Shown: positions 31,101-40,501, counted from the stretch's first letter. The stretch is 49,402 bases of DNA from an uncultured Bifidobacteriaceae bacterium (GCA_964444085.1 CAYUGC010000003.1:1-49402), one strand, 5' to 3'. Translations and numbers: made by a program. The notes: generated by a model from the letters alone, not told the origin.

Positions 31101-32009
31101 ATGTCCGGCGACTACCAACTCGTGCAACTGCGCAGCGGCGCGCAGACTTTGTTTTCCGCCAGCTACGGCGAGAAGATGCATCCCGGCCTCGGCCCGGCGG
31201 CGGAGGCGGAGTTGCTTTACGTCCGGCAGTTGCAAATCCGCGAGCGGCTGCAAAGCGGGGCAGGGGAGTTTGTCGTCTGGGACATCGGCCTCGGCGGCGC
31301 GGCCAACGCCACGGCGCTGTTGCGCGCCACGCGGGAGATCCCCGGTCAACTGCGGATCGTCAGCTTCGACAATACCGCCGAGCCGCTGGCGTTCGCGCTG
31401 AACAATGCGGCGGCGCTGAATTATCCCGTCGGCTATGAAAACCAACTGGCGGAATTGCTAGATTTACGCAGCGCTCAATTTCAAAACGGCAATTGTTCGG
31501 TGGAATGGGAATTTCACCTCGGTGACTTTCCGGCGTGGCTGGAGCGCCGGGCACCGTCCCGGCCAGTTGATGCAATTGAGTCTCAACGAGCCGAGACGGT
31601 GCTCGGCGCTCCCGCGCCGCACGCCATCTTTTACGACGCCTTTTCGCCGGCGAAGAATCCGGCGATGTGGACGTTGCCGGTGTTTGAGAATCTGTTCCGC
31701 GCGCTGGATTCGGCGCAACCCTGTGCGCTGACGACGTATTCCCGCAGCACGCTGCTGCGCGCGACGCTGCTGCTGGCGGGGTTTTTTGTCGGCGTGGGGC
31801 ACGCGACCGGAATGAAGGAGGAGACGACCATCGCCGCGAACCGGCTGGATTTGATTACCGAGCCGCTCAACGTCCGCTGGCTGGAACGCGCCGTGCGTTC
31901 GGACAGCGCGGAACCGCTGCATGAACCGGTTTACCGCCGGCAAAAGCTTTCACCCGAAACCTGGGAGCGGCTGCGCGCGCATCCGCAGTTTCGGGCAATT
32001 GACGTTTGA
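31101..32009 (+). CDS. MnmC-like SAM-dependent methyltransferase domain protein (DUF752 type)
   Basis: Trimmed to the ATG at 31101 (MSGDYQLVQLRSG...). ...VWDIGLGGAANA... (SAM-binding Gly loop) and ...IFYDAFSPAKNPAMWT... match the MnmC methyltransferase-domain motif FLDGFAPAKNPxMW as I recall it. Confidence 0.75.
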   Translation: MSGDYQLVQLRSGAQTLFSASYGEKMHPGLGPAAEAELLYVRQLQIRERLQSGAGEFVVWDIGLGGAANATALLRATREIPGQLRIVSFDNTAEPLAFALNNAAALNYPVGYENQLAELLDLRSAQFQNGNCSVEWEFHLGDFPAWLERRAPSRPVDAIESQRAETVLGAPAPHAIFYDAFSPAKNPAMWTLPVFENLFRALDSAQPCALTTYSRSTLLRATLLLAGFFVGVGHATGMKEETTIAANRLDLITEPLNVRWLERAVRSDSAEPLHEPVYRRQKLSPETWERLRAHPQFRAIDV

Positions 32010-32114
32010 CATCCGCCGGCCCCTTTCCTAGAGTCGCGCTCGAACTTCGTCGCTGGCATCAATCAGCAGATGCTGACCGGTGCGGCGGCAACTAATCAAC
32101 AAACTGATAAAACT

Positions 32115-32462
32115 ATGGGATTAATCATCGGACTCTTCGTTCTGGCGGTCGAGCTTGTCGTCATCATCGCCATCGTCGCGGGCTTCTGGAAAGTGTTCAC
32201 CAAGGCCGGCAAGCCCGGTTGGGCGGCCATCGTGCCTATCTACAACATCGTCGTGCTGCTGGAGATTGCCGGCAAACCGCTGTGGTGGATCGTGCTGTTC
32301 CTGATCCCGGTCGTGAATATCGTCATGGGTATCATCGTCAGCATCGCTGTCGCCCGGAACTTCGGCAAGAGCGACGCCTTTGGCATCGGCCTCGGCCTGC
32401 TGGGCCCCATATTCTATCCGATCCTCGGCTTTGGGAGCGCGGAGTATCAGGGTGTGAAATAA
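32115..32462 (+). CDS. Small membrane protein, DUF5684-like
   Basis: MGLIIGLFVLAVELVVIIAIVAGFWKVFTKAGKPGWAAIVPIYNIVVLLEIAGKP...; the FxKAGxxGWxAxIP motif. The ATG at 32115 is preferred over 32070. Confidence 0.65.
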   Translation: MGLIIGLFVLAVELVVIIAIVAGFWKVFTKAGKPGWAAIVPIYNIVVLLEIAGKPLWWIVLFLIPVVNIVMGIIVSIAVARNFGKSDAFGIGLGLLGPIFYPILGFGSAEYQGVK

Positions 32463-32481
32463 AGCCAAAGCCGTTTTTGAA

Positions 32482-32527
32482 CAACCGCCGCCGTCGCGTT
32501 TTTGGACGCGCGACGGCGGTTGTGTTT
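32482..32527 (+). terminator. Imperfect GC-rich hairpin after the DUF5684-like gene
   Basis: CAACCGCCGCCGTCGCG ... CGCGACGGCGGTTG (one 3-nt bulge), then TGTTT. Confidence 0.5.
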
Positions 32528-32631
32528 AATGGCATGCGGTTGGAAACGGGCGACAGGCGGCGGCCTTCCGGCCCGAAAAATATATGACGATATAAACCGT
32601 GCCGCCTGATTTGTGTGCTACGTTCACGCAT

Positions 32632-32847
32632 ATGAACCCGCTCCCCAGTCTCCTGCCGGCCGTCGTGGTCGTGCCGTTGGCAGTAAAAGCCACCTTGCTC
32701 CTCGCGGAATTTAACATGGTCAAGGTGTCGGGCGGCGCGGATACGGCCACGCCCTGGCCGCTCACCGAGCGCGCCACGAAGATCACTATTGTCCTCCGGC
32801 AAATCCTAGCGAACCAAGGCTGGAAGCACGGCGGCCTGAACGATTGA
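32632..32847 (+). CDS. Possible small protein (71 aa), unknown function
   Basis: MNPLPSLLPAVVVVPLAVKATLLLAEFNMVKVSGG... Third codon positions are mostly G/C by my read of the frame, as in the real genes here. I recognise no homology. Confidence 0.35.
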   Translation: MNPLPSLLPAVVVVPLAVKATLLLAEFNMVKVSGGADTATPWPLTERATKITIVLRQILANQGWKHGGLND

Positions 32848-32924
32848 TTCGTCGCGCCACCGCCAAACCAGTAGGACCTCATGGTTTGGCTTTTCCCCCG
32901 CCGCCGGTACGTTATCCTGCCCTC

Positions 32925-34043
32925 GTGCCGACTGACATCAAATCCCTGACCCGCGAGGAACTCGAAGCCCAGTTCAAAGCTTGGGGCGAACCCATCTATC
33001 GCGTGAAGCAACTCATGGACTGGCTTTACGTCCAGCGCGTGACGGATTGGGACGCGATGAGCAATCTCGCCAAGCCGCTGCGCGAAAAGCTGCGCGAAAA
33101 CTTTTCGCTCGGCACGCTCAAGCTTGTCCGGCAACAGGGCAGCCGCGACACCACGCGGAAATTTCTCTGGCAGCTCGCCGACGGGGCGTTCATTGAAAGT
33201 GTTTTGATTCCCGCCAACCCGTCGCTCTACGGCGAAGTCAGCGACCGCCACACGCTGTGCATCTCCACGCAGGTCGGCTGCGCCTATGGTTGCAAGTTCT
33301 GCGCGAGCGGACTCGACGGCTGGAAGCGGAATTTGCTGCCGCATGAAATTATCGAGCAGGTGATGTGCGTGGAACGCCACTGCGCCGCCGAGGAAGCCGC
33401 GAACGGCGGCAAGACGGCCACGAGTTTTCCCGGCACGCGCATCGTGGACAATGTTGTGGTCATGGGCATGGGCGAGCCGATGGCCAACTACGACAACCTG
33501 CTCAAGGCGCTGCGCCTGCTCAATTCGCCGTGGGGCGGACGCATCGGCGCGCGCAAGATCACCGTTTCCACGAGCGGCCTCGCGCTGCAAATCCGGAAGT
33601 TCGCCGACGAGCCGGAACAATTTTCCCTCGCCATCTCGCTCCACGGCGCGACGGATGCCGTGCGCGGCAAGATCATGCCGGTGAACAAAAAATATCCGCT
33701 GGCCGAACTCACGGCGGCGCTGGAGTATTACCGGGACAAGCGCGGCCGCTTCATCACGTTTGAATACATTCTCATCGCCGGCGTCAACGATTCGCTGGAG
33801 CAGGCGCGTCCCCTTGGTGCGCTCGCCCGGCGGCTCAACGCGAAGGTGAACCTGATTCCCTACAACACCGTGGAGGATCTGCCGTGGCAACGTCCCGACG
33901 AGGAAACGTGCGAACAGTTCCTGCGCGCGCTCAAGGCGCAGAAAGTCGTCTGCACACTGCGCCGTGAAAAAGGCCACGACATTGACGCCGCCTGCGGCCA
34001 ATTACGCTTGAAGACGGAGCGCGAATTGGCAGAATCCAAATAA
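32925..34043 (+). CDS. rlmN: 23S rRNA/tRNA (adenine-C2)-methyltransferase, radical SAM
   Basis: ...YRVKQLMDWLYVQRV...; CISTQVGCAYGCKFCASG (CX3CX2C); MGMGEPMANY; ...ISLHG...; ...DIDAACGQL. The in-frame GTG at 32925 is preferred (VPTDIKSLTREELE...); the track start 32844 is TTG. Confidence 0.9.
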   Translation: MPTDIKSLTREELEAQFKAWGEPIYRVKQLMDWLYVQRVTDWDAMSNLAKPLREKLRENFSLGTLKLVRQQGSRDTTRKFLWQLADGAFIESVLIPANPSLYGEVSDRHTLCISTQVGCAYGCKFCASGLDGWKRNLLPHEIIEQVMCVERHCAAEEAANGGKTATSFPGTRIVDNVVVMGMGEPMANYDNLLKALRLLNSPWGGRIGARKITVSTSGLALQIRKFADEPEQFSLAISLHGATDAVRGKIMPVNKKYPLAELTAALEYYRDKRGRFITFEYILIAGVNDSLEQARPLGALARRLNAKVNLIPYNTVEDLPWQRPDEETCEQFLRALKAQKVVCTLRREKGHDIDAACGQLRLKTERELAESK

Positions 34044-34046
34044 TCC

Positions 34047-34952
34047 ATGAAAATCCAACGCCGCGAATTCCTGAAAAAAACTGCGCTCGCCACCGGCTGC
34101 GTCCTGGCCGGTGCGCAACTTGGCGCGGTGGAGAATGCGGCCCCAAAAACGTTTGATCCTTACGAACTGGTGCCGTTGGGCAAATCGGGGTTGAAATTTT
34201 CCCGCGTCTGCATGGGCACCGGCAGCAACGGCGGAGGCCGCCAGTCCAATCAGACCCGCAAGGGCCGCACCGCCTTTCAGAAACTCCTGCGCGACGCCTA
34301 CGAGCGCGGCGTGCGGACTTACGACCTCGCTGATCTTTACGGCTCGCACACCTATCTGCCGCCGGCGCTGGACGGGATTCCCCGCGAGAAATACAATCTC
34401 ATCAGCAAAATCTGGTGGATGGGCGGCAGCCTGCCCGAACCGGAACGGCCCGCCGCCGACATCGTCGTGACACGCTTTCTCAAGGAACTGAAGACGGATT
34501 ACATTGACCTGCTGTTGCTGCATTGCGTCATGGATGCCAACTGGCCGCAGCAACTGCGTTCGCAGATGGAGGCTATGAGCAAGCTCAAGGCGCAGGGCAA
34601 AATCCGCGCGCTCGGCGTCTCGTGCCATTCCATCGAAGCACTCGAAGCCGCCGCGGCGGAACCATGGGTGGAATCCGTCCACGCCCGCATCAATCCCTAC
34701 GGCATGAGCATGGACGGCCCGCCGGACACGGTCGTGCCCGTGCTGAAAAAACTTCACGCCGCCGGCAAGGGCGTCATCGGCATGAAGATCATCGGCGAAG
34801 GCCGCCTGCGCAACGACGATGCACGCCGCGATGAATCGGTGAAGTTCGCACTCAACCTCGGCTGCGTGGACGTCCTGGACGTCGGCTTCGAGAAGATCGA
34901 GGAAGTGGACGACTTCGCCGCCCGCGTGCGCAAGGTGTCGCTGCCGGCCTGA
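34047..34952 (+). CDS. Aldo/keto reductase with Tat-type signal peptide
   Basis: MKIQRREFLKKTALATGCVLAG (twin-arginine motif); ...RTYDLADLYGS...; ...DLLLLHC...; ...ALGVSCHS... Confidence 0.85.
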   Translation: MKIQRREFLKKTALATGCVLAGAQLGAVENAAPKTFDPYELVPLGKSGLKFSRVCMGTGSNGGGRQSNQTRKGRTAFQKLLRDAYERGVRTYDLADLYGSHTYLPPALDGIPREKYNLISKIWWMGGSLPEPERPAADIVVTRFLKELKTDYIDLLLLHCVMDANWPQQLRSQMEAMSKLKAQGKIRALGVSCHSIEALEAAAAEPWVESVHARINPYGMSMDGPPDTVVPVLKKLHAAGKGVIGMKIIGEGRLRNDDARRDESVKFALNLGCVDVLDVGFEKIEEVDDFAARVRKVSLPA

Positions 34953-35000
34953 TTAAATTCTGTGTTTCATCCGGGTTTCATCTGTGGCTAGAATAGTCGC

Positions 35001-35621
35001 GTGATTGCTTTGCTTGATTACGGTTCCGGCAACCTCCGCAGCGTCCACAAGTCGCTGCTCAAGGTCGGCGCGGACGTGCGTCTCGTGCAGCGCCCCGACG
35101 AGATCGGCGACGCCCGCGGCTTGGTGTTGCCCGGCGTTGGCGCGTTCGACGACTGCATCCACGCGCTTCAAAAACAGGAACTGCTCGGTGCCGCGAAGAA
35201 TTTCATCCAGACCGGCAAACCGTTTCTCGGCATCTGCGTCGGCTATCAGGCGCTGTTTGAGAAGAGCGAGGAATTTAATTCCTGCGCCGCCGGCCTCGGC
35301 GTCTTCCAGGGCAAAGTCGTCCGCTTCACCGAAAAGCCCGGCCACAAGATTCCGCAGATCGGCTGGAACCAATTGGAGATTGTGAAGACCGATTGCCCGC
35401 TCTATCGCGGCATCGTGAGCGGCAGCTATGTTTATTTCGTGCACAGCTTTTATCCGCAGCCGGTGGACGCCAGTATCGTCGCCACGCGCACGGATTACGG
35501 CGACAACTTTGCCTCGTCCGTCTGGCGCAACAATGTGTTTGCCACGCAGTTCCACCCGGAGAAAAGCCAGAAGGTCGGATTGCAACTGCTCAAGAACTTC
35601 GTGGAGCTGACGAAAGCCTGA
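35001..35621 (+). CDS. hisH: Imidazole glycerol phosphate synthase, glutamine amidotransferase subunit
   Basis: (GTG)IALLDYGSGNLRSVHKSL...LPGVGAFDDC...PFLGICVGYQAL (nucleophile Cys)...ATQFHPEKS (His/Glu). No other his genes are adjacent. Confidence 0.9.
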   Translation: MIALLDYGSGNLRSVHKSLLKVGADVRLVQRPDEIGDARGLVLPGVGAFDDCIHALQKQELLGAAKNFIQTGKPFLGICVGYQALFEKSEEFNSCAAGLGVFQGKVVRFTEKPGHKIPQIGWNQLEIVKTDCPLYRGIVSGSYVYFVHSFYPQPVDASIVATRTDYGDNFASSVWRNNVFATQFHPEKSQKVGLQLLKNFVELTKA

Positions 35622-35803
35622 CCATCGTTACGCCACAAACCGGCAGTCGCTTCGCGGGCAAAGTATATATCCAGCGCCGCCCTGCCGTCGTTGGTGAAGA
35701 TATTCTTTCCTGATTTCATCGCAGTTTCAAGCCTGTGCACAACGCGATGATGAGATGGCCGATGCACGCGGAACGGTGTCCGTACTCCACGTTTGCCATC
35801 CGC

Positions 35804-36364
35804 TCATGCCTTGCGCAGCTTCCGAACAACGCTCACGCCCAGCGGAAACAACAACAATGCACCAGCAAACCAAGTTCCTGATTCAGGGATAGCGGCCGAA
35901 CTCTCATTCACAACCAGATTATCCATTGCGAAGGAACAAGAGGAGACGGGAGTAAAAAACAAAACCGTATCAATTCCGGTGTAATTGAAATCGCACCAAG
36001 TTGGAGCGGTGCTGCTCAGAATATATGTATTATCATACAAAACAGCGCCCCCGGATTTGCCAACGACTTCAATTTGAGCGTCACCACCAAACCAAGTTAG
36101 ATAAGCCGAATTCAAAGTGAAAGAAGCGGGCCCGCTTGTAAACGCCGGTACGGTGTAATCACTGGCAATCCCTGCTGCGTATTCGCCCGATGGATCAACA
36201 CTGACGCTGAATCGATTCCATTGCAGACCGCCATAACCCTGGGGAACCCCACCTGAAGAATGAATCAAATCCGCAGGCGTAATATCATCAAACGTGATCA
36301 GCGAGGCACCGGCTGTCTGCATCAAAACAAAGCCCAAGGATAAACCGAACGAGATTCTTTTCAT
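35804..36364 (-). CDS. PEP-CTERM sorting-domain protein
   Basis: Trimmed to MKRISFGLSLGFVLMQTAGASL (signal peptide). The C-terminus IPESGTWFAGALLLFPLGVSVVRKLRKA has the PEP-like motif, a TM helix and a basic tail. Local GC is visibly lower: 28/60 G+C at 36001-36060. Confidence 0.75.
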   Translation of the reverse strand: MKRISFGLSLGFVLMQTAGASLITFDDITPADLIHSSGGVPQGYGGLQWNRFSVSVDPSGEYAAGIASDYTVPAFTSGPASFTLNSAYLTWFGGDAQIEVVGKSGGAVLYDNTYILSSTAPTWCDFNYTGIDTVLFFTPVSSCSFAMDNLVVNESSAAIPESGTWFAGALLLFPLGVSVVRKLRKA

Positions 36365-36739
36365 AACGACATCATTATTAATTATGGTTTCCCCGCTATT
36401 TAATGCAACCAAACACTAATTCTAAATACAATGCCAATTTGGGACATATAGAATCATTTTTGAGCCATCAATGTTGCAGAAAAACCCACGAAGTTCTTCC
36501 AATCTTTGCGAATTAACCCATTCCGTTTAGTCAGCACCGCCTTAATCATCACGCCACCCGCCAGTTTGAGCGTGGCTGCTCAGAATCTTTACTGTCCAGA
36601 CACTAAATCAAACCAAATCCCCCCCAAAGGTTTGGGCACTCCGGTTTCTCCAAATCTCTTGAAGCATTTTTCGGCGTGCCGCGCGCTTCACATCGCCAGT
36701 CGCCACCGGGGCCGGCATAACTTCTCATTTCCTTGGTTT

Positions 36740-37675
36740 TCACCGGGAGTGATCGGTTGAAACCGGATGGTTCGTCACCGCCGCTGCCTTGACAATTTCG
36801 CTGACAATGGAATCGGAAAGATCGCCGCTGACCGGGAACATGGTCTGTAGATGGCCGGAGGCATCCACAATCAGCGTGCGGAAATTATGGTTGATGGTGG
36901 TTCCATCGGATTCATAGCTGACGCCGGACTGGCGGGCCAACTCGCTGATTTTGTCGGCCGGTCCGGTCAGAAAACTCCACTGCGCCGGATTGTAATGATA
37001 GTTCTCGCCATAGGCTTTCAACATCTGCGGAGAATCGAACTGCGGATCCAGCGAGACGGAGAGCAGGTGCCAGTTTTTTGGCGCCTCATGGAGGGCCGCT
37101 AATTTTTGCGCAACCAACTGGAAATTTTTTGAAAGCCGCGGGCAAAACTCTGGCAGGGGACAGCGCGTGTAAAAAAAAGTGATGGCCACCGCCTGTCCTC
37201 GAAAAAAGTTCAAGCTGACGGGCTGGCCAAGTTCGTTGGTGAAATGATAGTCGCGCAAAGGTTGCATGGCTGGTGCCATGGCCGGGGCGGGCGGCGGCAG
37301 AGCCATGATTCCATGCTTGGCGAGGTGGTCCACCCAGCTTTCGGTGGCGGTCACATGAAGTTGAAAAGTGAGGCGGTCGCCACGTTCAAGTCCGGCGAGT
37401 TCGCCCGGGTTTTGTGTTGTGAATGGCATGGTCATCGCCGTCATGTAATTGGAGATGGCTTCGTGCTGGATGACAATCTGCCGCTCGTCGCGGTTGACGG
37501 ACAAGACCACGCCTTGGGCCGCGAAACTCCGTGGGCGGGCGGCCTCGGTGTCGGCGGGCGGCTGCGATTTGGCGGATGGGGCACTGAATAAAATCAGCAG
37601 CGAAATACCGAATGGCAATACGTTGAGGATGGATTGGCATACCAACATTTTGTTTGTCTGTCTCGACATTTTCAT
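36740..37675 (-). CDS. SCO1/SenC-family copper chaperone fused to an N-terminal CusF-like metal-binding domain
   Basis: GVVLSVNRDERQIVIQHEAISNYMTAMTMPF (CusF-like M-x-M). Thioredoxin-fold part FFRGQAVAITFFYTRCPLPEFCP...LLSVSLDP. An alternative GTG start at 37696 overlaps the upstream stop. Confidence 0.8.
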   Translation of the reverse strand: MKMSRQTNKMLVCQSILNVLPFGISLLILFSAPSAKSQPPADTEAARPRSFAAQGVVLSVNRDERQIVIQHEAISNYMTAMTMPFTTQNPGELAGLERGDRLTFQLHVTATESWVDHLAKHGIMALPPPAPAMAPAMQPLRDYHFTNELGQPVSLNFFRGQAVAITFFYTRCPLPEFCPRLSKNFQLVAQKLAALHEAPKNWHLLSVSLDPQFDSPQMLKAYGENYHYNPAQWSFLTGPADKISELARQSGVSYESDGTTINHNFRTLIVDASGHLQTMFPVSGDLSDSIVSEIVKAAAVTNHPVSTDHSR

Positions 37676-37692
37676 TTCAGTTTTTCCGGCCG

Positions 37693-38586
37693 TCACGGGT
37701 TGGGCAGGCGTCCGACCCGGTAGAAACCGGCATTCGCCGTCGCGTTGAAATCGGTAAACGTCACCGGACTGCTGGCCGCGGTGTTGGTGATGAGCGCAAA
37801 CCAGTTGGTCGTCAGCAAATTGGTTGAACGTTGGACGAAGTAGCGTAACCCGACATTCGCCGAATAGCTGAACTGAAAGTTGGTTGGTGCTGTCCGTGAA
37901 AGTGAGCTGAGGGTGACCGGCACCGGCGTGACGATGTTGATGCTGGCCGTGTTCGTCGCCTTTAATCCATTGTTGTCCGTGGCGATGGCGGAAAGGGTGT
38001 AGCTGCCCGCCGCCAGATTATTGGTTGTGGCGGAATAGGGCGCGGCGGTTTCGTTGGTCAATACGCCGGCACCCACGAGGAATTGCACATTGGTAACCGC
38101 GCCGCTGCCGTTCGTGACCGCCGCTTGAATGGTCACATTCGCGGGGGCGGCGAAGACCGCGCCCGACACCGGGTTGGTGATGGCGATGGTTGGCGGCAGT
38201 GCGGCAGATATCACCACGACCGCGCCAGTCATCCCAAAGTTAAAATGCACCTGGCAATAATATGAAAAATTGCCCGCCACGGGGAACGTGTTGGTGAAAG
38301 TTTGCGGCAGGGTGGTAATGGTGCCTGAATTCCAAAGTCCGCTGGGCACACCATTATCATCGCCCGCCACACCGTTGGTGCCGCTGGTCGTGGAGTGGAA
38401 GGTGGACGCCCAAGTCCACACCACCTGATCCCCGACGGCGATGGTGACCACCGCGGGTGTGAACCGGTCAAACGTGCTTCCCACGGAGACATTAGCCGTG
38501 GCCGCAAAGCTGGAAGGCACCAGGCCGAGGCTTGGCAGTGTTGCCACTGCGATGACCGGCAAAAAGTATTTCTTGAAAAAAATCAT
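37693..38586 (-). CDS. Secreted cupredoxin (plastocyanin/azurin-like) + Ig-like domain + C-terminal '...FYRV' module
   Basis: Trimmed to MIFFKKYFLPVIAVATLPSLG. Type-1 copper ligand pattern ...TFHSTT... and YYCQVHFNFGM (Cys-x2-His-x4-Met). Ig-like PTIAITNPVSGAVF...YTLSAIATDNNG. Tail FQFSYSANVGLRYFVQRSTNL...WFALITN...FTDF...GFYRVGRLPNP. Confidence 0.75.
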   Translation of the reverse strand: MIFFKKYFLPVIAVATLPSLGLVPSSFAATANVSVGSTFDRFTPAVVTIAVGDQVVWTWASTFHSTTSGTNGVAGDDNGVPSGLWNSGTITTLPQTFTNTFPVAGNFSYYCQVHFNFGMTGAVVVISAALPPTIAITNPVSGAVFAAPANVTIQAAVTNGSGAVTNVQFLVGAGVLTNETAAPYSATTNNLAAGSYTLSAIATDNNGLKATNTASINIVTPVPVTLSSLSRTAPTNFQFSYSANVGLRYFVQRSTNLLTTNWFALITNTAASSPVTFTDFNATANAGFYRVGRLPNP

Positions 38587-39005
38587 GGCTGTTTGCTTTG
38601 TTAGTAAGAGGCGTTTTAGTGTGATATTGTTCCCGCAAATTTCGCTTCGCTTCACGGCCACCCACTAGCATGGCGAACGGGTGGCGGTTGCTAGGTAAGA
38701 GTGACGGGCCGGCATTTTGTTCCCCGCAATTTGTAAATTTATTTTTCGAATCCGGATTCTCGGCGGGAACCTATTCACCGCTTCATCCCTCATACCAGCG
38801 AACGGCGCAATGCTTGCGCCAGCCAAAGGTGAAATTTGCACCGGCGACATCGCCTCAAAATTATGAATCGAATTCGAGTGGCCCTTTTTAATGACCGGGC
38901 GGCGGCTGAGCCGATCCGCGAACATCTCTACTGCGAACATTGCCATTTCATGTGGCCGAAACCAGATGCCGCGCCGCGCTGATGCCAGGTGGAGTTTCTG
39001 TTTCC

Positions 39006-39758
39006 ATGAAAATGTTCCGCATCGTTAGCTCCCTGCTATGTGCCGCCAGCACCTTCCTATTTGTCGGTGCGGGTGTCGGTCGCGCTGAAGCTGAACCGAA
39101 TGCCGCCATCAAAATACGCAGCGCAGGGGCTGAATTCGCCAACCCGTCTCCCAGCGGCGAGCCGGGTTCCCCAACCTACCTTAGTGATGTGTTGCCGATC
39201 ATGATGAGCAAGTGCGCCCGGTGCCATGGCGATCCCAACAGCGTTCTGTCGGATTGGCTGGATTATCGGACGGCATTCAACGACCGCGTGGAAATAAAAC
39301 GGCGGGTGTGGCAGAGCTGGAATCGTTCCTATTACAAGCAGCCGATGCCTGCCGGAAATAGTGTGGAAGCCCAGAGCATGACGGCAGACGAACGCCAGAT
39401 CATCAAGCGCTGGGTCGAGGCCGGCGCGCCCTGCGGTGTGCCGCCGACCGATGCCGCCATTCACTCCAAAGCGGAAAAAACCGAGCTTGGAAAACGGCTC
39501 TTTGGCACAGTCTGTGGCATTTGTCACCAGCCAGCCGGGCAAGGTATTGCTTCCCGATTTCCGCCCTTGGCGCGGTCAGATTTTTTGAATGCCGACAAGT
39601 ACCGGGCAATCAGAGTCGTCCTCAATGGGTTGCAAGGTGAACTGGTCGTCAACGGCAAAAAATTCAACAACAGCATACCCAGATTCCCGCTCAGTGATCA
39701 GGACATCGCAAATATCCTCACCTATGTCTTCAATTCCATGGGCAATTCTGGAAAATAA
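39006..39758 (+). CDS. Di-haem cytochrome c (planctomycete-type PSCyt1-like N-domain + class I domain)
   Basis: Trimmed to MKMFRIVSSLLCAASTFLFVGAG. Two CXXCH motifs: CARCH and CGICH. Confidence 0.8.
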   Translation: MKMFRIVSSLLCAASTFLFVGAGVGRAEAEPNAAIKIRSAGAEFANPSPSGEPGSPTYLSDVLPIMMSKCARCHGDPNSVLSDWLDYRTAFNDRVEIKRRVWQSWNRSYYKQPMPAGNSVEAQSMTADERQIIKRWVEAGAPCGVPPTDAAIHSKAEKTELGKRLFGTVCGICHQPAGQGIASRFPPLARSDFLNADKYRAIRVVLNGLQGELVVNGKKFNNSIPRFPLSDQDIANILTYVFNSMGNSGK

Positions 39759-39935
39759 AATCACCGCCGGTGAGGTCGGCGCGGCGCGGACGGAAAAAGC
39801 CGATCAAAATCAAAATACGGATGGGCAAACGCCACAGGCAAAACCTGTCTAAGAAGGGAACCCTTTTGAATGAAGGTGTTTATCAGGCTGAAACCACGAA
39901 AACGCCGCGATATAAAATCGCGCTCGCCTTTTTGG

Positions 39936-39960
39936 GGAACAAATGTTGCACTGAACCGTC
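39936..39960 (+). promoter_or_regulatory. ECF-type promoter (GGAAC-N16-CGTC) directly upstream of the ECF sigma gene
   Basis: GGAAC at 39936-39940, a 16-nt spacer, CGTC at 39957-39960. The ATG is at 39980. Confidence 0.5.
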
Positions 39961-39979
39961 TTATCCTTGATGACTTGGC

Positions 39980-40501
39980 ATGGCTGACAATAACGAATTT
40001 GAAAGCTTGGTGGAGCGGTTTTACGCTCCCCTGTATCAATTTGCGTTCAGTCTCACGCGCGCGGAGGCGGATGCCTGTGATTTGACGCAACAGACGTTCA
40101 CGGTTTGGGCCACGAAAGGTCATCAATTGCGTGATATGTCAAAAGTGAAAACTTGGCTATTTACCACCCTCCACCGCGAGTTTCTGAATTCCCGGCGGCG
40201 GCAAACTCGTTTCCCGCATTTGGAACTCGATACGGTGGCCGTTGAATTACCAGTCGTTTCCCCGGCAACCGTCAGCCGGCTCGACACCGCGCAAGTGCTC
40301 GACGCCCTCACCCAAGTGGATGATGTCTATCAGGCTCCCGTGGCGCTGTTCTATTTGCAGGATTGCTCCTATAACGAAATGGCTGAAATCCTGGGCGTGC
40401 CGTTGGGCACGGTCAAGTCACGCCTCGCGCGCGGCATCGGTCAATTGCAACATTTGCTGGCACGCGACATCGCCGCCGGTCAACCACCAGCCATTTTGTG
40501 A
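39980..40501 (+). CDS. ECF (sigma-70 group IV) RNA polymerase sigma factor
   Basis: 173 aa. Region 2 (FYAPLYQFAFSLTRAEADACDLTQQTF) and region 4 HTH (CSYNEMAEILGVPLGTVKSRLARG). Confidence 0.9.
   Translation: MADNNEFESLVERFYAPLYQFAFSLTRAEADACDLTQQTFTVWATKGHQLRDMSKVKTWLFTTLHREFLNSRRRQTRFPHLELDTVAVELPVVSPATVSRLDTAQVLDALTQVDDVYQAPVALFYLQDCSYNEMAEILGVPLGTVKSRLARGIGQLQHLLARDIAAGQPPAIL

Noticed and set aside
29676-31445. 589-aa minus-strand ORF
   Set aside because: Antisense to the class-V aminotransferase and the MnmC-like gene, and it crosses a terminator and a repeat element. Composition artefact.
32526-34001. 491-aa minus-strand ORF
   Set aside because: Antisense to rlmN, which has unambiguous radical-SAM and RlmN motifs. 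Arg/Ala-rich artefact.
35625-35716. Minus-strand fragment MKSGKNIFTNDGRAALDIYFAREATAGLWRNDGQAF, resembling an FG-GAP/ASPIC (…LYRNDG.G.F…) repeat; possible gene remnant
   Set aside because: Only ~35 residues long. Upstream it has no credible continuation, and downstream it runs into the 3' end of hisH. Too short to call a pseudogene without a database hit.
38665-38946. 93-aa minus-strand ORF between the cupredoxin and cytochrome c genes
   Set aside because: Mixed third-position composition, no motifs, and it lies in the divergent promoter region. Not supportable.
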